Shown here: positions 46,760 to 61,089 of the stretch, one piece after another
Layout: each line of letters opens with the position of its first letter
Numbering within the stretch: the stretch's first letter is position 1
Assembly (NCBI RefSeq): GCF_006345805.1
Contig: NC_043003.1
Location: forward strand, 71,982,001-72,046,000
DNA: 64,000 nucleotides
DNA from: Octopus sinensis
Lineage: Eukaryota
Reading direction: 5' to 3'
The notes under the pieces: model-generated
What the model was told of the DNA's origin: nothing
The model's input: the letters and a program-made list of their open reading frames with translations, nothing else
Database searches by the model: none
Translations under genes and position numbers: made by a program

Positions 46760-48600
46760 ATTGAAGCGGTTGCAAGAAGCAACGAAAATATTTAGGAAAA
46801 ATAAATAAGTAAATGAGTATAAATCGAACTGGTGAGTGTGTTAATTAATAAGGCATTAAAACAGAATGACTCTCCCCAGACACAATAAAATATGCTTCAA
46901 CGTACGAATTCACATAAAGAATCTCGCAAACCAAATACAAAGATGTATAACAACAGAAGAATGAGATTCCAAAAAGCGGCACTTTTTCTGATAAAACCAA
47001 GAACTTATACTTTGTAGACAACAGCATATACTCACAACTCCTACATAACATTGTCATTAGTAATTACACTAAGGCTAGACCGGAAGTTTATGATGACATT
47101 AAGGAAGCTAGTGTCATCGCCACGAGGTTTAACTTCGATAAAAAATAGAGATCCTTCCAAAAAAGAAAATTATTAAAAAAAATAATGATAAAGTTAGAGA
47201 GGCAACTAATTTAGTAAAATGGTCCAATAGTATAGAAGTTGTTAACTGGTTTAAAGTAATTAAAAATAAGAATATAGCCAGATTTACACAATTCGATATG
47301 GTAGATTTCTATGCGTCTATTTCTAAAAAAAAAAATACTAGATAAAGCCCTCAATTTCGCAAGCGATTAAGCTGAGATTAGTGAACAAGATAAGGATATA
47401 ATCCTCCATGCTTGAAAGACTATGCTCTTTAACGAGAATGCAGAGTGGATCACGACAGCAGACACAGAGGGTTCTTTCGATATGAACATGATATCATATG
47501 ATGGAGCAGATATATGGGATATCATTGGGCTATCCTGCTCCACACTTTAGAAAAAGCCTTTCCTGGTGTATATTTTGCTATTTATAGGGACGACTCTCTA
47601 GCTTAACTAAGAATACCTTTGGATCAACGTAAGATCGTTTAAGGGAGGAGATTATCCAACTTATGAAAACATTCGATCTTAAGATAACGATAGATACCAA
47701 CCTGACGGCTGTCAATTTCTTTGTCGTGTCTCTAGATTTGCAAGAGAATATTTACAAACCCTATAGAAAGCCAAACGATTGACTTAGTCGTATCAATATA
47801 AGGGTCCTACCACCCACATAGTGTTTAAGAATTTAGTTAAGAATATTAATGGAAGAATTTCTAGCCTCTCCTCCAATATAAACATATTTAATAATGCTGC
47901 CCTTATACAACAATGCCCTCAAAACGAGTGGATTTAAAGAGGAAATAGTTTACAACCCCTACAATTAGACCAGAAATAAAGAAAAGGAAACATAGACACA
48001 GGAAAATTATCTAGTTCAAACCCCTTTACTCCCACGAAGTGACCTTTAATATAGGTAAATATTTCCTGTCACTTATAGATAGACATTTTCCAATACATCA
48101 CAAATATAGAAAATTCTTTAATAAGCATAACCTAAAAATTAGGTTTAGTTCACCCCAAATTTTAAAAGCATACTCACGCATATTACAACACAACACCAAG
48201 AGCCGGCTGTTCCTGCAGGAATAAAGACCTGTGCCCACTAAATGGAGCCTCTATGATCGAGGCCATTAATTATGAGCTACTGTAAATTCCACCAACGCTA
48301 ATAATAGTTTCATCCAAGAGATATGTGGGTCTCACAGAGGGAAATTTTAAAGCAAGCTTTAACCATCGCACCTTAAGCTTCAGACACTAGAATAAACGAA
48401 ATACTACTAAATTAACTAATTATATATGGTTCTTAAAAGAACAAGGTGTCAACTACAGTATTTACTGGAAGATCTTAGCCAAGTGTAACCCTTATACCAA
48501 CGGTAGTAGCACGTGCGGTCTTTGTAATATGGAAATATTCTCATCTGAAATAGTTTTTTAGGCCACGCTACATGTTTAAATCCAAGAATTGAACTCTTTG
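46760..48600 (+). mobile_element. Decayed Penelope-like element (RT + GIY-YIG)
   Basis: SYDGADIWDIIG, AIYRDDSL, YKPYRKPND, FNIGKYFLSLIDRHFP, CSCRNKDLCPLNG, YVGLTEGNFK, YWKILAKCNPY...CGLC. Confidence 0.85.
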
Positions 48601-48762
48601 TGTGTATGTGTGTGTGTGCAGGTATGTGTTTATGTATTAGTACGTGCATAAATATATGGTAGTGTGTGTGCATGTGCATATACATTTTTGTGAGTGTGTA
48701 CGTATGTAGACATTGTGAATGCAGGTGTTTTATGTCTGTGTATGTTATTACTTTTTGTGCGA

Positions 48763-48806
<44 letters not shown>

Positions 48807-48921
48807 TTATAACTTTAGTATATATATTTTTAATATTTTTTATCTTTTTCCTTTTTTCTTTTTCACTTTTAGCATCTATTAGAGTTACTCCCTTATCTTT
48901 AACGGTTTTCCGTAGTGTCTA

Positions 48922-48998
48922 TTGTCATTTAACAGCCGATGAGAACGTGCCGTACTCTTGACTCCGATATTCAAAACTCCGAGTACTAATAATGACAA
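48922..48998 (+). ncRNA. Type I hammerhead, probably inactivated (G12->A, U4->C)
   Basis: TTGTCATT..AG CCGATGA GAA...TTC AAAA CT ccg AG TA | CT..AATGACAA. Distal stem I is 8 bp. Lies 3' of the PLE at 46760-48600. Confidence 0.55.
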
Positions 48999-49054
48999 CC
49001 GTTTACTGTTTGCTCTATAAATTATACTACATATATATGTGTGTGTGTGTGTGC

Positions 49055-49206
<152 letters not shown>

Positions 49207-49539
49207 GTGGACGACGAAGTATAAATGTGCTCAGAGAGAATCTGGGTATAACAAGAATTATATACGTACTATGAGTAAGAAAAGGTAGTGTTTGTATAAA
49301 CATGTGCTGCATTTGGTTGATAACAAGGATGGTTTTGTCGATTGCATAAAGTAGGTGGAGCTTGTGGAGGATGGAGACTCACGAAGACATACAAAGGAAG
49401 TGGTGAAAGCTGACCTCAGGATCTTGAGCCTCACGGAGGATATGACGAATGACTAAGATGGCTGGTGATATACGTTTCTTGAGAAACGCGGATTCGTCAA
49501 AACTGGGTTCTTGGAGCACTGTATGTGTGTGCGATGTGT

Positions 49540-49577
<38 letters not shown>

Positions 49578-49781
49578 GCTTGTGTGTGTACATGTCTATG
49601 TGCATGTGCGTGTGCGTGTATGTGTATCTGTATGTGCATGTCTGTGTGTATGTCTGTTTATACTCACTAATTGCCGATACAGACCATCACTACTTTTATC
49701 AGATTCAACTGTTTATTTCCCTGTATGTGTGTGCGTGTGTATGTGTGTGTACGTGTGTGGGTATGTTGTACATACTGACAC

Positions 49782-49853
<72 letters not shown>

Positions 49854-51191
49854 CTACCCTTTAGTGTCCAAGTGATAACCTTCAGATTTGACTACTTTTT
49901 GTCTCACATATTTCTTTTCCACTGCACCACCAACCATGATTTTCTGACAATCTCAGTTTATGGTCCACTTCATTATATTTGGACGAAGGCTTCTTCGTCC
50001 TCACCTACACTTCTACTTTATCCACTGCGTTTATACAATCCACAACTGCCTTCCTTTTCTCCTGCCTACCAGCCTTCAGACTATCATATGCATATTTCAA
50101 ATTCTCCACCACTTATCATCTTTCCCCTATTCATGTCTTTCCTTTTTTTATAGCCTCTAATCTACGTAACTTCTTAAATTCAAACACTATATACTTTATC
50201 TTTAATACGTACATCGTCAAATCTCCGATATATATGTGTGTGTGTGTCTGTGCGCGTGTGTGTGTGTATATGCATGTATGTATATATGTATATATATGCA
50301 CGTATTCAAACCCACATGCAGCCGCATACATTCCAACCAAATACACTCTTACCCAAAAGTAGTATTCTTTTTTTTACACGCATCCACACCACCTGAATAC
50401 ACAAGCACAGTGAAAGGTACACATACTGTCATATGATGGCCTTAGCGCAACTATATATGAGATATATCACAACACCTCGATAAATTGAATACACCAATCA
50501 TAATGTATACTCATGGCCATAATCAAATGAAACATGAAAATGACAAGCACAAGCGCGCATTTTAGACAGATGTCACATTCATACGTACTTCACAGGTATC
50601 TATACATGCAAGGTTAACCCAACACACACAACAACCAAGCAATATCCATGATGGCATAACAAAAAACACACACAAAATATGAGCCTCCATTTAAACACAT
50701 GCGCACATATGTACATAGATATACCAACTAACATTGAAAATGATAGTAGCTCACCTTAAAAAAAACACAGTTACATGCATACGCAGGCAAACAAATTTCC
50801 TGACAATACACCTATGTATATTGACCTGTATATAACAGATCTCAATGCATGGAGTAAAATCACTGTAGTGGAAGGATCCTGACCGCCGTCACGTGACCAA
50901 AAGTGGACTGACGCATTTCAATAAAATAAAGAAACTGTGTGAACTGTTCGCAATTGACAGTCGGCAGTTGAAAGTCAAAGTTTACAGCATTGATCGTTCG
51001 TATCGGATTATTGTGTTCGTTTAATATCATATTTACGTTTGGCGTAGTACGGAACACGTTCTCTGTGAACATATGAATTCTGCGAAAGGTTATTCTAGAT
51101 AACTATATTCAAGTATTTATTTGAGTAATACTATTACTACACTCTTGAGCACACCCAAATCTGCACAACCATGACATAACAATTAGATACA

Positions 51192-51541
51192 TACTCTCTT
51201 TACTCTCTCATTTGACTGCGGCCATGCCTTTTAGTCGAGTAAATCGATCCCAGGATGTAGAATAAGCCTAGTACTTATTCTATCAGTCTCTTTTGCTGAA
51301 CCGCTAATTTACGGGGACGTAAACACACCACCGTCGTTGTCAAGCAATGGTAGCGTAACAAACACAGACGCACAAACATATACACATATACATACATATA
51401 TATGCACATTTATACGATGGGCTTCTTCCAGTTTCCGTCTACCAAATCCACTCACAAGGCTTTGGTCGGCCCGAGGCTATAGTAGAAGACACTTACCAAA
51501 GGTTGGTAAGCAAGGTACTTACCACACAACCACTCCTGCGC
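51192..51541 (-). mobile_element. SINE family A with internal deletions
   Basis: Matches 27721-28131 with segments missing. Confidence 0.85.
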
Positions 51542-51715
51542 TCACATACATTACACATATTTACCTCATATGTAATTTTGTACGTTTGAAACCCCATACC
51601 TTCCTTATCATTGCCGGTCATTCGACCTCAGCCTTATTTTTCATGACTTGATACACATATTCCTCGTCACCACTGCGTTTTCTCCCTTTCCTATACATGT
51701 TTCCTTGTAGCTATC

Positions 51716-52206
51716 TGTTTATTGAGCGAAAACACCTAAAGCTCCACGAGGCTCCGGCAGGGGATGGTGGTGATCCCTGCTGTACTCTTTCGATCCGTGG
51801 AACAAGCTGCCGGACGAGATGGTGAAGATGCCGACGACCGCTTTGTTCAAAGCCTCCCTTGACCTCAAGTGGCCTGAACTCTTTACATGAACACCACTCT
51901 GTACTTAACTCCATGTCCCCCTACATGGCCTTGCTATTTGATTTTGAGCCAAATTAACTAACTAACTAACTAACTAACTAACCACAACTTTCTCTCACTC
52001 TTACTTCCTGTTTCTGTTGTACCTGTATTTCAAAGGGCCGTCCATGTCACTCTCTGTGTCACACTGAATATCCCCGAGAACTACGTTAAGGGTACACGTG
52101 TCTGTGGAGTGCTCAGCCACTTACACGTTAATTTCACGAGCAGGCTGTTCCGTTGTTTCGGATCAACCGGAACCCTCGTCGTCGTAACCGACGGAGTGCT
52201 TCCCTC
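51716..52206 (+). mobile_element. 5'-truncated SINE C with 14-bp TSD, interrupted by a LINE 3' end
   Basis: TSD tccttgtagctatc at 51702-51715 and 52207-52220. Body matches 44721-45020. Confidence 0.92.
51792..51981 (+). mobile_element. CR1-group LINE extreme 3' end with (CTAA)n tail
   Basis: Open frame DPWNKLPDEMVKMPTTALFKASLDLKWPELFT* (WNxLP...FK..LD motif), short 3' UTR and (aact)n tail. It splits SINE C at ctctttc|accacaac. Confidence 0.8.
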
Positions 52207-52666
52207 TCCTTGTAGCTATCAAACTTTCTGAATAGAATGGTTCGAAACATGTGACACTTATTATCTTAATCTTTCACGGAGCCTCAAATTGCTAATGCAT
52301 TTTCTCTTTACGTGGTTGCTCATGTCCTTAATTGTGAGTTACAGTCTCTCTATCTCTTTGTCTGTCTGTCTCTGTCTTTCTCTGTCTTCTGTTTCTCTCT
52401 GTCTCTCTTTTTCTTTATACATAATACATATGGTGATAAACATGTATACATATACATACATTTTGGTATGCGGTAAAGGAGTATGTTGTTGATGTTATCA
52501 ATAATACACATATAAATATAAATCTTTAACTTTAAGTTGTTTCAGCTTTAAAACTGCGGTCATGCTGGGGCACCAATCACAATATATGATTAAATATTAA
52601 AAGAACTACTATATAACAAATCATTGTAACTAATTTAGTATATAGTTTGAAGATATTCAAGTAATC

Positions 52667-52700
<34 letters not shown>

Positions 52701-53211
52701 ATGTGTGTGTGTGTATGCCTTTAGCTTAAATATAAAAAAGTTCTCTTTTTCTCTCTGTATCTACACACACACTCACACATACGTACATAAGTTAATTAGA
52801 GGATATATTAACCTCTTAAAGCGATGATTACATCCAAGAAAACACTGGTTCTGTACCTCGTATCTTTGGGAAACAAAGTTACCCTAAGTCAATAAGTATA
52901 TATTAAGTATGTAATCCGTATTAAATTAAGAGAAGAAAATAGAGAATTAGTGGTTAATAATTATTTATTTATAAATTGATAATCATTCCTTCTTACAGGT
53001 GTTTCCATTTATACTCATTGAATAAATTACAAAGTTATGCATTAAATTTGCATTTATAAGTTATAAGCAAAATATCATCAGGGATAAGTTAGACGTTAAA
53101 GAAAATGCACGTTGACCTATCTTTTCATTTTAATATACAGGAGTGTGCAGACAAATGAAAGATGGGCACTCAACACATTTATAGGGAGTCACATGTATAG
53201 TTCAAACAGTT

Positions 53212-53310
53212 TGATTCAAATTCCTTTAGTACTTTAAGTTTCAAGCGTGAGATTACTATTCAACCATTGGAATTAGAATCTAATTAGAAGTACTAAAGAA
53301 ATTTGAATCA
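53212..53310. repeat. Inverted repeat, 23-bp arms with 1 mismatch
   Basis: tgattcaaattcctttagtactt / aagtactaaagaaatttgaatca. Confidence 0.85.
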
Positions 53311-53335
53311 TATAGATATGTGTTAATGCTTGGCG

Positions 53336-53411
53336 TACCCGCTGATGAGAACTTCCCCTTGCAAATTATTTTATTTGCTAATCAAATTTCGAAACCTAAG
53401 GTCCGGCTGTA
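53336..53411 (+). ncRNA. Intact canonical type I hammerhead with long stem II
   Basis: TAC CCG CTGATGA GAA...gcaaat tatttt atttgc...TTC GAAA CC taa GG TC | CGG ct GTA. All core positions are canonical, with a GUC triplet at 53401-53403. Confidence 0.8.
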
Positions 53412-53640
53412 AAACATGGTAAATTTTTTTATCTTCCATTCCCTTCGAAATTGCTCTTAACTGTGGTTTGAACTTTTTGACTGTTCCTTCTAGCATGTAA
53501 GGCGACTTGTTAAGGTTCACCTCTTTTGTGTTTAAATGTACACTAATTATATATATATATAATAGTAGGGGGTATAATTCCAAACTTACAGGGAAAAATT
53601 CAATTTAGCAATTCCAAATCAAATTTCACAATATATGATA

Positions 53641-54001
<361 letters not shown>

Positions 54002-54269
54002 TATTCAAATATATATATATATATGTCTAACTTAATATCACCACCTGATAGCATTTGCTAAATGCTTTTTAAGTCACGTTTTGTGGTATCATGGCCCATT
54101 GAAATAGGAAGTTCTTGTTGAGTGAGTTCTATTCAGGTACAGGTGGTCCAGATTCCTTTTAACGGTGTCTTGTTGCTGTCAACTACAATTCCATTCATTG
54201 CTACGAATCTGAAATTGGCGCAATGTCTCACCAATGCTATTGCTGTGGTGATAAAAAAATGGTTAAATG

Positions 54270-54770
54270 AACCACCTGGGTTATGCTGCAAGAGGGGGAA
54301 GATTATGCAACCTTTCTTTCCTGACCCTCCTGAAGAACTGAAAAATTTCTTCATGGAACTTCCCCACCCCCATTCAAAGCATTTTCTCCAAGAAATACGA
54401 CACTATAACAATGTTTTCTAGATGACTTCGTTTGGAGCAAATATTGTGAATGGGGGACGATTCATGCCCACATTCAAAATCCAAGGACAAGTATATCATC
54501 GAATTGGTAGCATTTTACTACTAGAAAATGAAGACCATAATTTTTTGCAAGTATATTTAATTTAAAAATATGCAAATACAAGCTGAAATAAGGTATAATC
54601 TTAATGAAGGGCTCCACTTTGACAAAATACAACAACTTCAACAAATGCTTCATAGCAATAATAATTATATCAGGGGTTTCAAGTGTACCTTTGATAATAC
54701 ACAAAGCAGAAACTTTCAATTGGTGATTAATTCTGATATATATAATTCTGATTATATTCAAGAATGAGTA
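54270..54770 (+). mobile_element. Helitron RepHel N-terminal fragment
   Basis: CCKRGKI...PPEELK...SKHFLQEIRHYNNVF, MTSFGA, PTFKIQGQVYHRIGS, FLQVY, LQQMLHSNNNYI. Confidence 0.85.
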
Positions 54771-55305
54771 AATTACAATTTAAATGAAGCGTATTATGTA
54801 ATAGCATTTAGTGTATTGATAAATAACACATACAACTCTTTTATTATTGTCATATAATAAACAAATAGAAGTTCGTGTATGAAATGTATGTTCTTTCTAC
54901 TTCAATTATTACATATTTTTTCTCTTTTAAAACTCACACATAGAGGAGGAGTAAATTATATATGTAATAATACTTTGAATATGACTCCCGAGAAAGAGTA
55001 AGAGTAATTACCCGATCAACGACGGGGATTACTACTAGTATAGACTATAAACAGAAACGGGCTCCACTTGATCCCCTGACGGACACCACTGGTGACGTTC
55101 ACTGGGCTTTAGTGTATTATATTATATATATATATATATATATATCCTATATATCCTAGATTATGTCGGTAAAGCGTGATGCAACCCCGAAAAACTGGCT
55201 CACTAATCAGCATCATTGGGATAAATGCTTGATTTTCATATTCAAAATGTTTCCTATAAGCAAATTTAAAATATACATACATACATACATACATACATAC
55301 ATACA

Positions 55306-55337
<32 letters not shown>

Positions 55338-55607
55338 CACCCGAGTAAGCACGTAAATGCCAAACAAGTAAAATAAATAGTACTCGAAAACCGGAGGTAG
55401 AGTAATATGCATTTTTTTATTATTAAGGCAGGAAGAATATCACAAAAAATTGCTACTTAGAATTTCATGTTCCCGATCGTCAAGGTGCTGTGATTCTTGA
55501 TCACAACTGCCTGACAAACGGGAATGTTACGTGGATGACCTTATATTTGTTTGTTCTGCAACCATAGTTTTATATATATATATATATATATATATACATA
55601 CATATAT

Positions 55608-56310
55608 ATTCAGTGAGGGTTGAATATATAGTCATCTAAATTACGCAAAAATGAAAACAACACTACAACACTGACACCTCATTTTATCAGATATATTTAC
55701 CAAAATTAAATGAAAATACCTTGAAATACTAAAGAGTAAATTTATTCAATAAAATCGCCATTGACTTCAACCACGGCCTCCAGACGACTTCAGAATCTCC
55801 TGCAACTCTTCTGGACGGTCTTCTTGTTTAAGTTGGTGAACGCTGCCATAATCCTCGCCATCAGTTCATCTTTGGTGCTACAAGGAGTTTTGTTGGTCTC
55901 TTGCTCAACTGCGCTCCACACATAATAATCAAGTGGGTTGCAGTCTGGGGAGTTAGAGGCGATGTGGTTGCAGAGATTGTCTGACAGCAACAACTGGGTT
56001 CTTCTGCATGTGTGGCATGGTGCAGAGCCCTGTTGTGAGATGTACGGTCTTCCAGCAGTCTCCCACTTGGCCCAGATCTGTACTACCTCCTCCAGGCACT
56101 TGATTTAAGCTTCCTCGTTGAGTGTAAGGCCGTGTAAGATGATGAATGGAGGCATAACATTTCCATCATTGGTGGTCACTCCAAACACCATGATGTCAAA
56201 TGGTTGTTCGATTTTTTTATAACCCTCAGATTGACACTCAAACACTCTTAAATGGATCTTCCAGCGTGAATGCCAAGTAGCACAGCATGCCTTTTCCAAA
56301 TTCTGGCAGG
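55608..56310 (-). mobile_element. Tc1/maT-like transposase 3' fragment
   Basis: MVFGVTTNDGNVMPPFI, QQGSAPCH, SPDCNPLDYYVWSAVEQETNKTP, SRLEAVVEVNGDFIE*. Confidence 0.8.
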
Positions 56311-56464
56311 GTGAATTGAGTCATGGTGCTGTTTTTCTCTAAGACGGTGCCCAAGGGATCCTTCTATACTGAGTAGTAGTCAATATAAAAATGTGCTTAT
56401 GAGGTAAATTAAAAATATAGATTGCCAACAATTTACCCATAGCACCCTATATATATATTTTTCG

Positions 56465-56662
56465 TTTTTGGATTTGGTTTGCACGATTCTTTATGCGAGT
56501 TCGTGTGTTGAAGCATATTCTGTTGTGTTTGGGGTGAGTCATTCTCTTTTAGTGCCTTATAATTTAACACACTCACCGGTAACTTTTCCACTTATTTACT
56601 TGTTTAGTTATGTAAAATTTTCGTTGCGTCTAGCAACTTTTTCAATAGCTGTTGACAACATG

Positions 56663-56665
<3 letters not shown>
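56465..56665 (-). mobile_element. 5' fragment of the same PLE family as 46760-48600
   Basis: Reverse complement resembles 46750-46940 (gaatgactc.cccca.acacaa...atgcttcaac). Confidence 0.6.
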
Positions 56666-56723
<58 letters not shown>

Positions 56724-56818
56724 ATATTAGGGTAATAAGAATTATAGAAATTATTATTACCAGTGGACTATCACAAAAAAATTAGTCAATAGACTATATA
56801 TTATTCGCATAAAAATAT

Positions 56819-57256
<438 letters not shown>

Positions 57257-58238
57257 TATATAAATACGTACACACATACATATAATTACTCGGAGATATT
57301 TGGGTTATACGAACAAATTTAAATGCGAAACAATTAAAACTAAATTATAAGCTGCATTCTATGGTATCTAAATCTAGATACTAACTTTTCCATTATTTTG
57401 GGCTTTCAGTTGGGAACTTGGACATCTACAACGTTAGAATATATACTGGCTGTAAATTATCGTTTACAAAACATGACCGAGGAAGTGTATATATGTGCGT
57501 TGCAGGAGGACTTACGTAGTAGAGAGAGAAAGAGAGAGCTGAAAAGAGTGAGAGAGAAAAAGAGAAAAAAAAGAGAGAGAAAAAGTGAAATAGAAAAGAA
57601 AGAAAGAGTGAAAGAAAGGAAAACAGACAGTTTGATGTCATAAGCTATCACCACCGACCACTATTTTGTTGTAACTGTCAGTCTTTCAACATTTCTTGCC
57701 TGGAATCTTCCGATATCCCTAAGAGGGACCGCGAATTTTATTTTAGGCATTATTTTACGTTGGATAAGGGATTGTGTGCAAATGTTAAAAATAAATTCAT
57801 TGAGATTCACTGAAAAATAACGACGTTGTTTCTGAACAACAAATATGTGGATGCCTGTGTATATGTGCACAAGTACACAAGATCAATGGATTGGCAACAA
57901 GCTAGACACAACTTGTCTTTTCTTCTAAGGGTCACTATAACATGCACCAGTCACAAAATAGGATTGGTGAAATAAAGATCCCACTTCGTGGGAGCAAAAG
58001 ACTACAGCAATTCCCAATACCTTGTGGTATTTTGGTACATCCGTTGAAGTTCCACTCGATTTTCCATTTCATATATGGAGGATCAACAGAATATTTCACC
58101 ACTGATTCCAAAAATTTAATCGATAGTGCATTGAGGTAATTTGCTTGAGGCCAAGTTAATTTGGTCACGACTGGCGTGCCTTTCATCATGCCTGGTTCAT
58201 CCCAGGGACAAACAGTAACAACACATTGCAATATTTTG

Positions 58239-58413
<175 letters not shown>

Positions 58414-60399
58414 ATATTTTCACTTCCACTTATATCTAAAACTCCTGGTGCTTTTTTTTTTCAGAGGCGAAAGTGCTAGTGCTTATTTTAGGGCCTCCAA
58501 CTGGCAAGATTAAAGGAAGAAATCATCTTCAGACCGAAGACCTAGTTACTACAGTGCAGACTCCACTAATGGTGCTCAAAACACAGATATTCGTGATGAA
58601 TACTCTTATGCATGATTCCGCATCAAGCGCGAACTCAAAAGCCACATTTTTATTTATCTATTTATTTTTAACCAGGAAACAAAAAGTGTCTCACAACATA
58701 TGTTTTATGTTCATCTCTTCTGCTATCCATCAATTCCGTAAATCGTAAGTTTCAGGCTGACAGTCAACTTCTAAAACATTCTTCTTCGACAACAACCGCT
58801 GTAGCAACAGCAGTTCTAGTGGTGGTGGTGGTGGCAGCGATGGAAGTGGAGTCGGCGGTGGTGGTAGAGTTGGTAGTGATGGAGGTGGTGAGTGTAGTAA
58901 CGGTGTGCTGCTGCTGCTGCTACAGCTACTATAGTTTCATTGGTTTCTTTGTGGAACCTGAATATGTTTTAAAGTGGAAGGGTGTGGCTTAAAAAAGGTG
59001 TAACCAAATAGACATTATAAGAAACTCAGAATGGGAGTAAAAAACGACGTAGTGAGAGAAGAAGTAAAGAGAGAAGAAGTAAAGAGAGAGGGGGAGAAAG
59101 AATGTGTGTCTATGTGTTAGACAGAAAGCGAAAATGAGAGTAATATATTGTGAGCCACTCACACGTATGAAATGGTTGTAATTGTAACCAACAGATAAAG
59201 GCAACTATAATCGGAACTGAAATGTTAAGGAGGAACTGGGATAATACTGGGATTATCTGGTGCGAAATTTTGCTTCCTGGTTGAAAATAATTATCATTGG
59301 TGCATATTCTTAGTAAACAGTTCGTCAGGTCACAGTCGATGTCATGTCATTGACGTAATTAGTCAATAACAAATGCCGATAAAATGAATCATATCCCCTT
59401 TTACAATTTTAGAACCGCATTCTATATCGGTCGCTTGAAACGGTTCACCACTCCCACTTGTTACGCAATCTTCATATTTAGCTATTCATCTTCCTCAATC
59501 TTTCTTTTGAAACAATATATGGCCTAACTATGGGAGATAAAGGAAGTCTCACAGTGTGATTAACAGAAGTTATTTTTGCCAACTCTATGACATGAGAGGA
59601 TGCAAAGATTAAGATTTTTGTAATAAAGTGAGCTACATGATGATGATGACGACACCATGATGATGATGATTTATTTTGATATAGGAGCATCAGATGAAAC
59701 ATTAATATGGCAGGTTACAATCTGAGAGAATATTTCTATAAAAAGATGCATGTTTAGAGTAGTTCCATTCCCCCTAACAGTTTTTGCTACAGTTACCTAA
59801 CTGTTGATAAATTCACTAGAAGACAGCACATCCATCTCTATTCTAAATTTTCTTTCCAAGTGGAAGTTCGATAAGAGCATAACCAAAAATGAAGGTGTCT
59901 GTCACTATTCCTTTCAGCCTGACTACACAACTTATTTCGCCTTAGTCATTAGAGACAGGAACACTGTTAAAGGTGGTTTGTGGTGCAATCCTCATGATGC
60001 ACTGAGACAATAACTGGATTCGTACTACACATTACGGGAGCTGTTCGACATATCTCTACAAGTCAGCAATGCTCGGACACTGCAAGAATACGCAGAGTAC
60101 GGTTTCATCATTCTGCTCTCATCTCGGACAATCGCGCGTGGCCTAAATTCTGTACCTGTAGAGTATATTTCGTGTCGGTAGTGACCCTCGGTAGCTCTTT
60201 CAACCCAGGGATTTCTGGATGTTATTCGAAAGGTTTCCGAAAAAAGATCTGCTACCTAGTCCTCTTCCAAGTCTAGGCCACCGAAACCTCGATTTCCTCC
60301 GAGTACTATCTGATGCACCAGTCTTTGCTGTAGCATTTATCGATCCGCTGTGGTTTGAGTCCGGAGTTGATTTGCCACGTGTTTTACAATCAGATGATC

Positions 60400-60520
60400 C
60401 AAACTGCTCTGTCCTCTTCTCACAAGTCTTTCCCTGATGTATCTTCAAGTCTCTCTCGGTTGCAAAAGTACTACAGCACAGCTTGCATCCAAAGTTGTTT
60501 GCATTTCGTTCGCTGTTTAA
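60400..60520 (-). pseudogene. Possible N-terminal zinc-finger remnant of an RLE-type retroelement
   Basis: Minus frame FGCKLCCSTFATERDLKIHQGKTC (C-x2-C...F...L-x2-H). No linked RT seen. Confidence 0.35.
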
Positions 60521-61089
60521 AATGAATAGCCGTATTCATGTCCAAGATCATTTCTGTATCAACTGGGTTTGATTGATTCTCGACTCACCCCTCTCGGTTA
60601 ATCATGGGACTGTCATTCTCATTGGTACCTGTTACAGCATGTTACAAAGGCGAGAATTGCAAATCTGCAGCCTCCGCCGGTCTTTCCTGGTGTCGATAGT
60701 CTTTCCCATTGTCCGCTCGTCTTTCTGTGCTGTCCCTTGTCTTTCCAAGATGTCTAACCGTCTTTTCGGTCTGTCAGTGGTTACCTACCACAAGGTTTTA
60801 GATGCTTTTAAAACAACTTCCACATGCAAGTGCTACCAGTCGAGAGCTCCACATACCGGAAGTCAGCAAGTGTATGGGGTCATCAGGAGAGAATGCACGC
60901 CGTTTCGGGGCCTATCACTCGACGCATTAATGCGCACCGCCCCCCCCCCCACTGATATGAGGCTCCACTTGCTAGATCAACTAGTTATCAAATAAAGCTC
61001 AATATTCTTCATGCCATTGCTCATCGTCACTTTTTAACCAAATCTAGGGGCTAGCCTTTTCCACTGTAGTTTGGATATCGGTTATGGTA

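Noticed and set aside
55451-55485. Minus-strand TTGACGA...GAAA hammerhead-like string (similar traces near 38630 and 52228-52256)
   Set aside because: Stems II/III are mismatched or the cleavage triplet is invalid. Too degenerate to call without a consensus.
57935-58235. Non-repetitive ORF segment adjoining the (GTA)n tract, possible exon
   Set aside because: No recognisable domain and no convincing splice sites. ORF length is inflated by the microsatellite.
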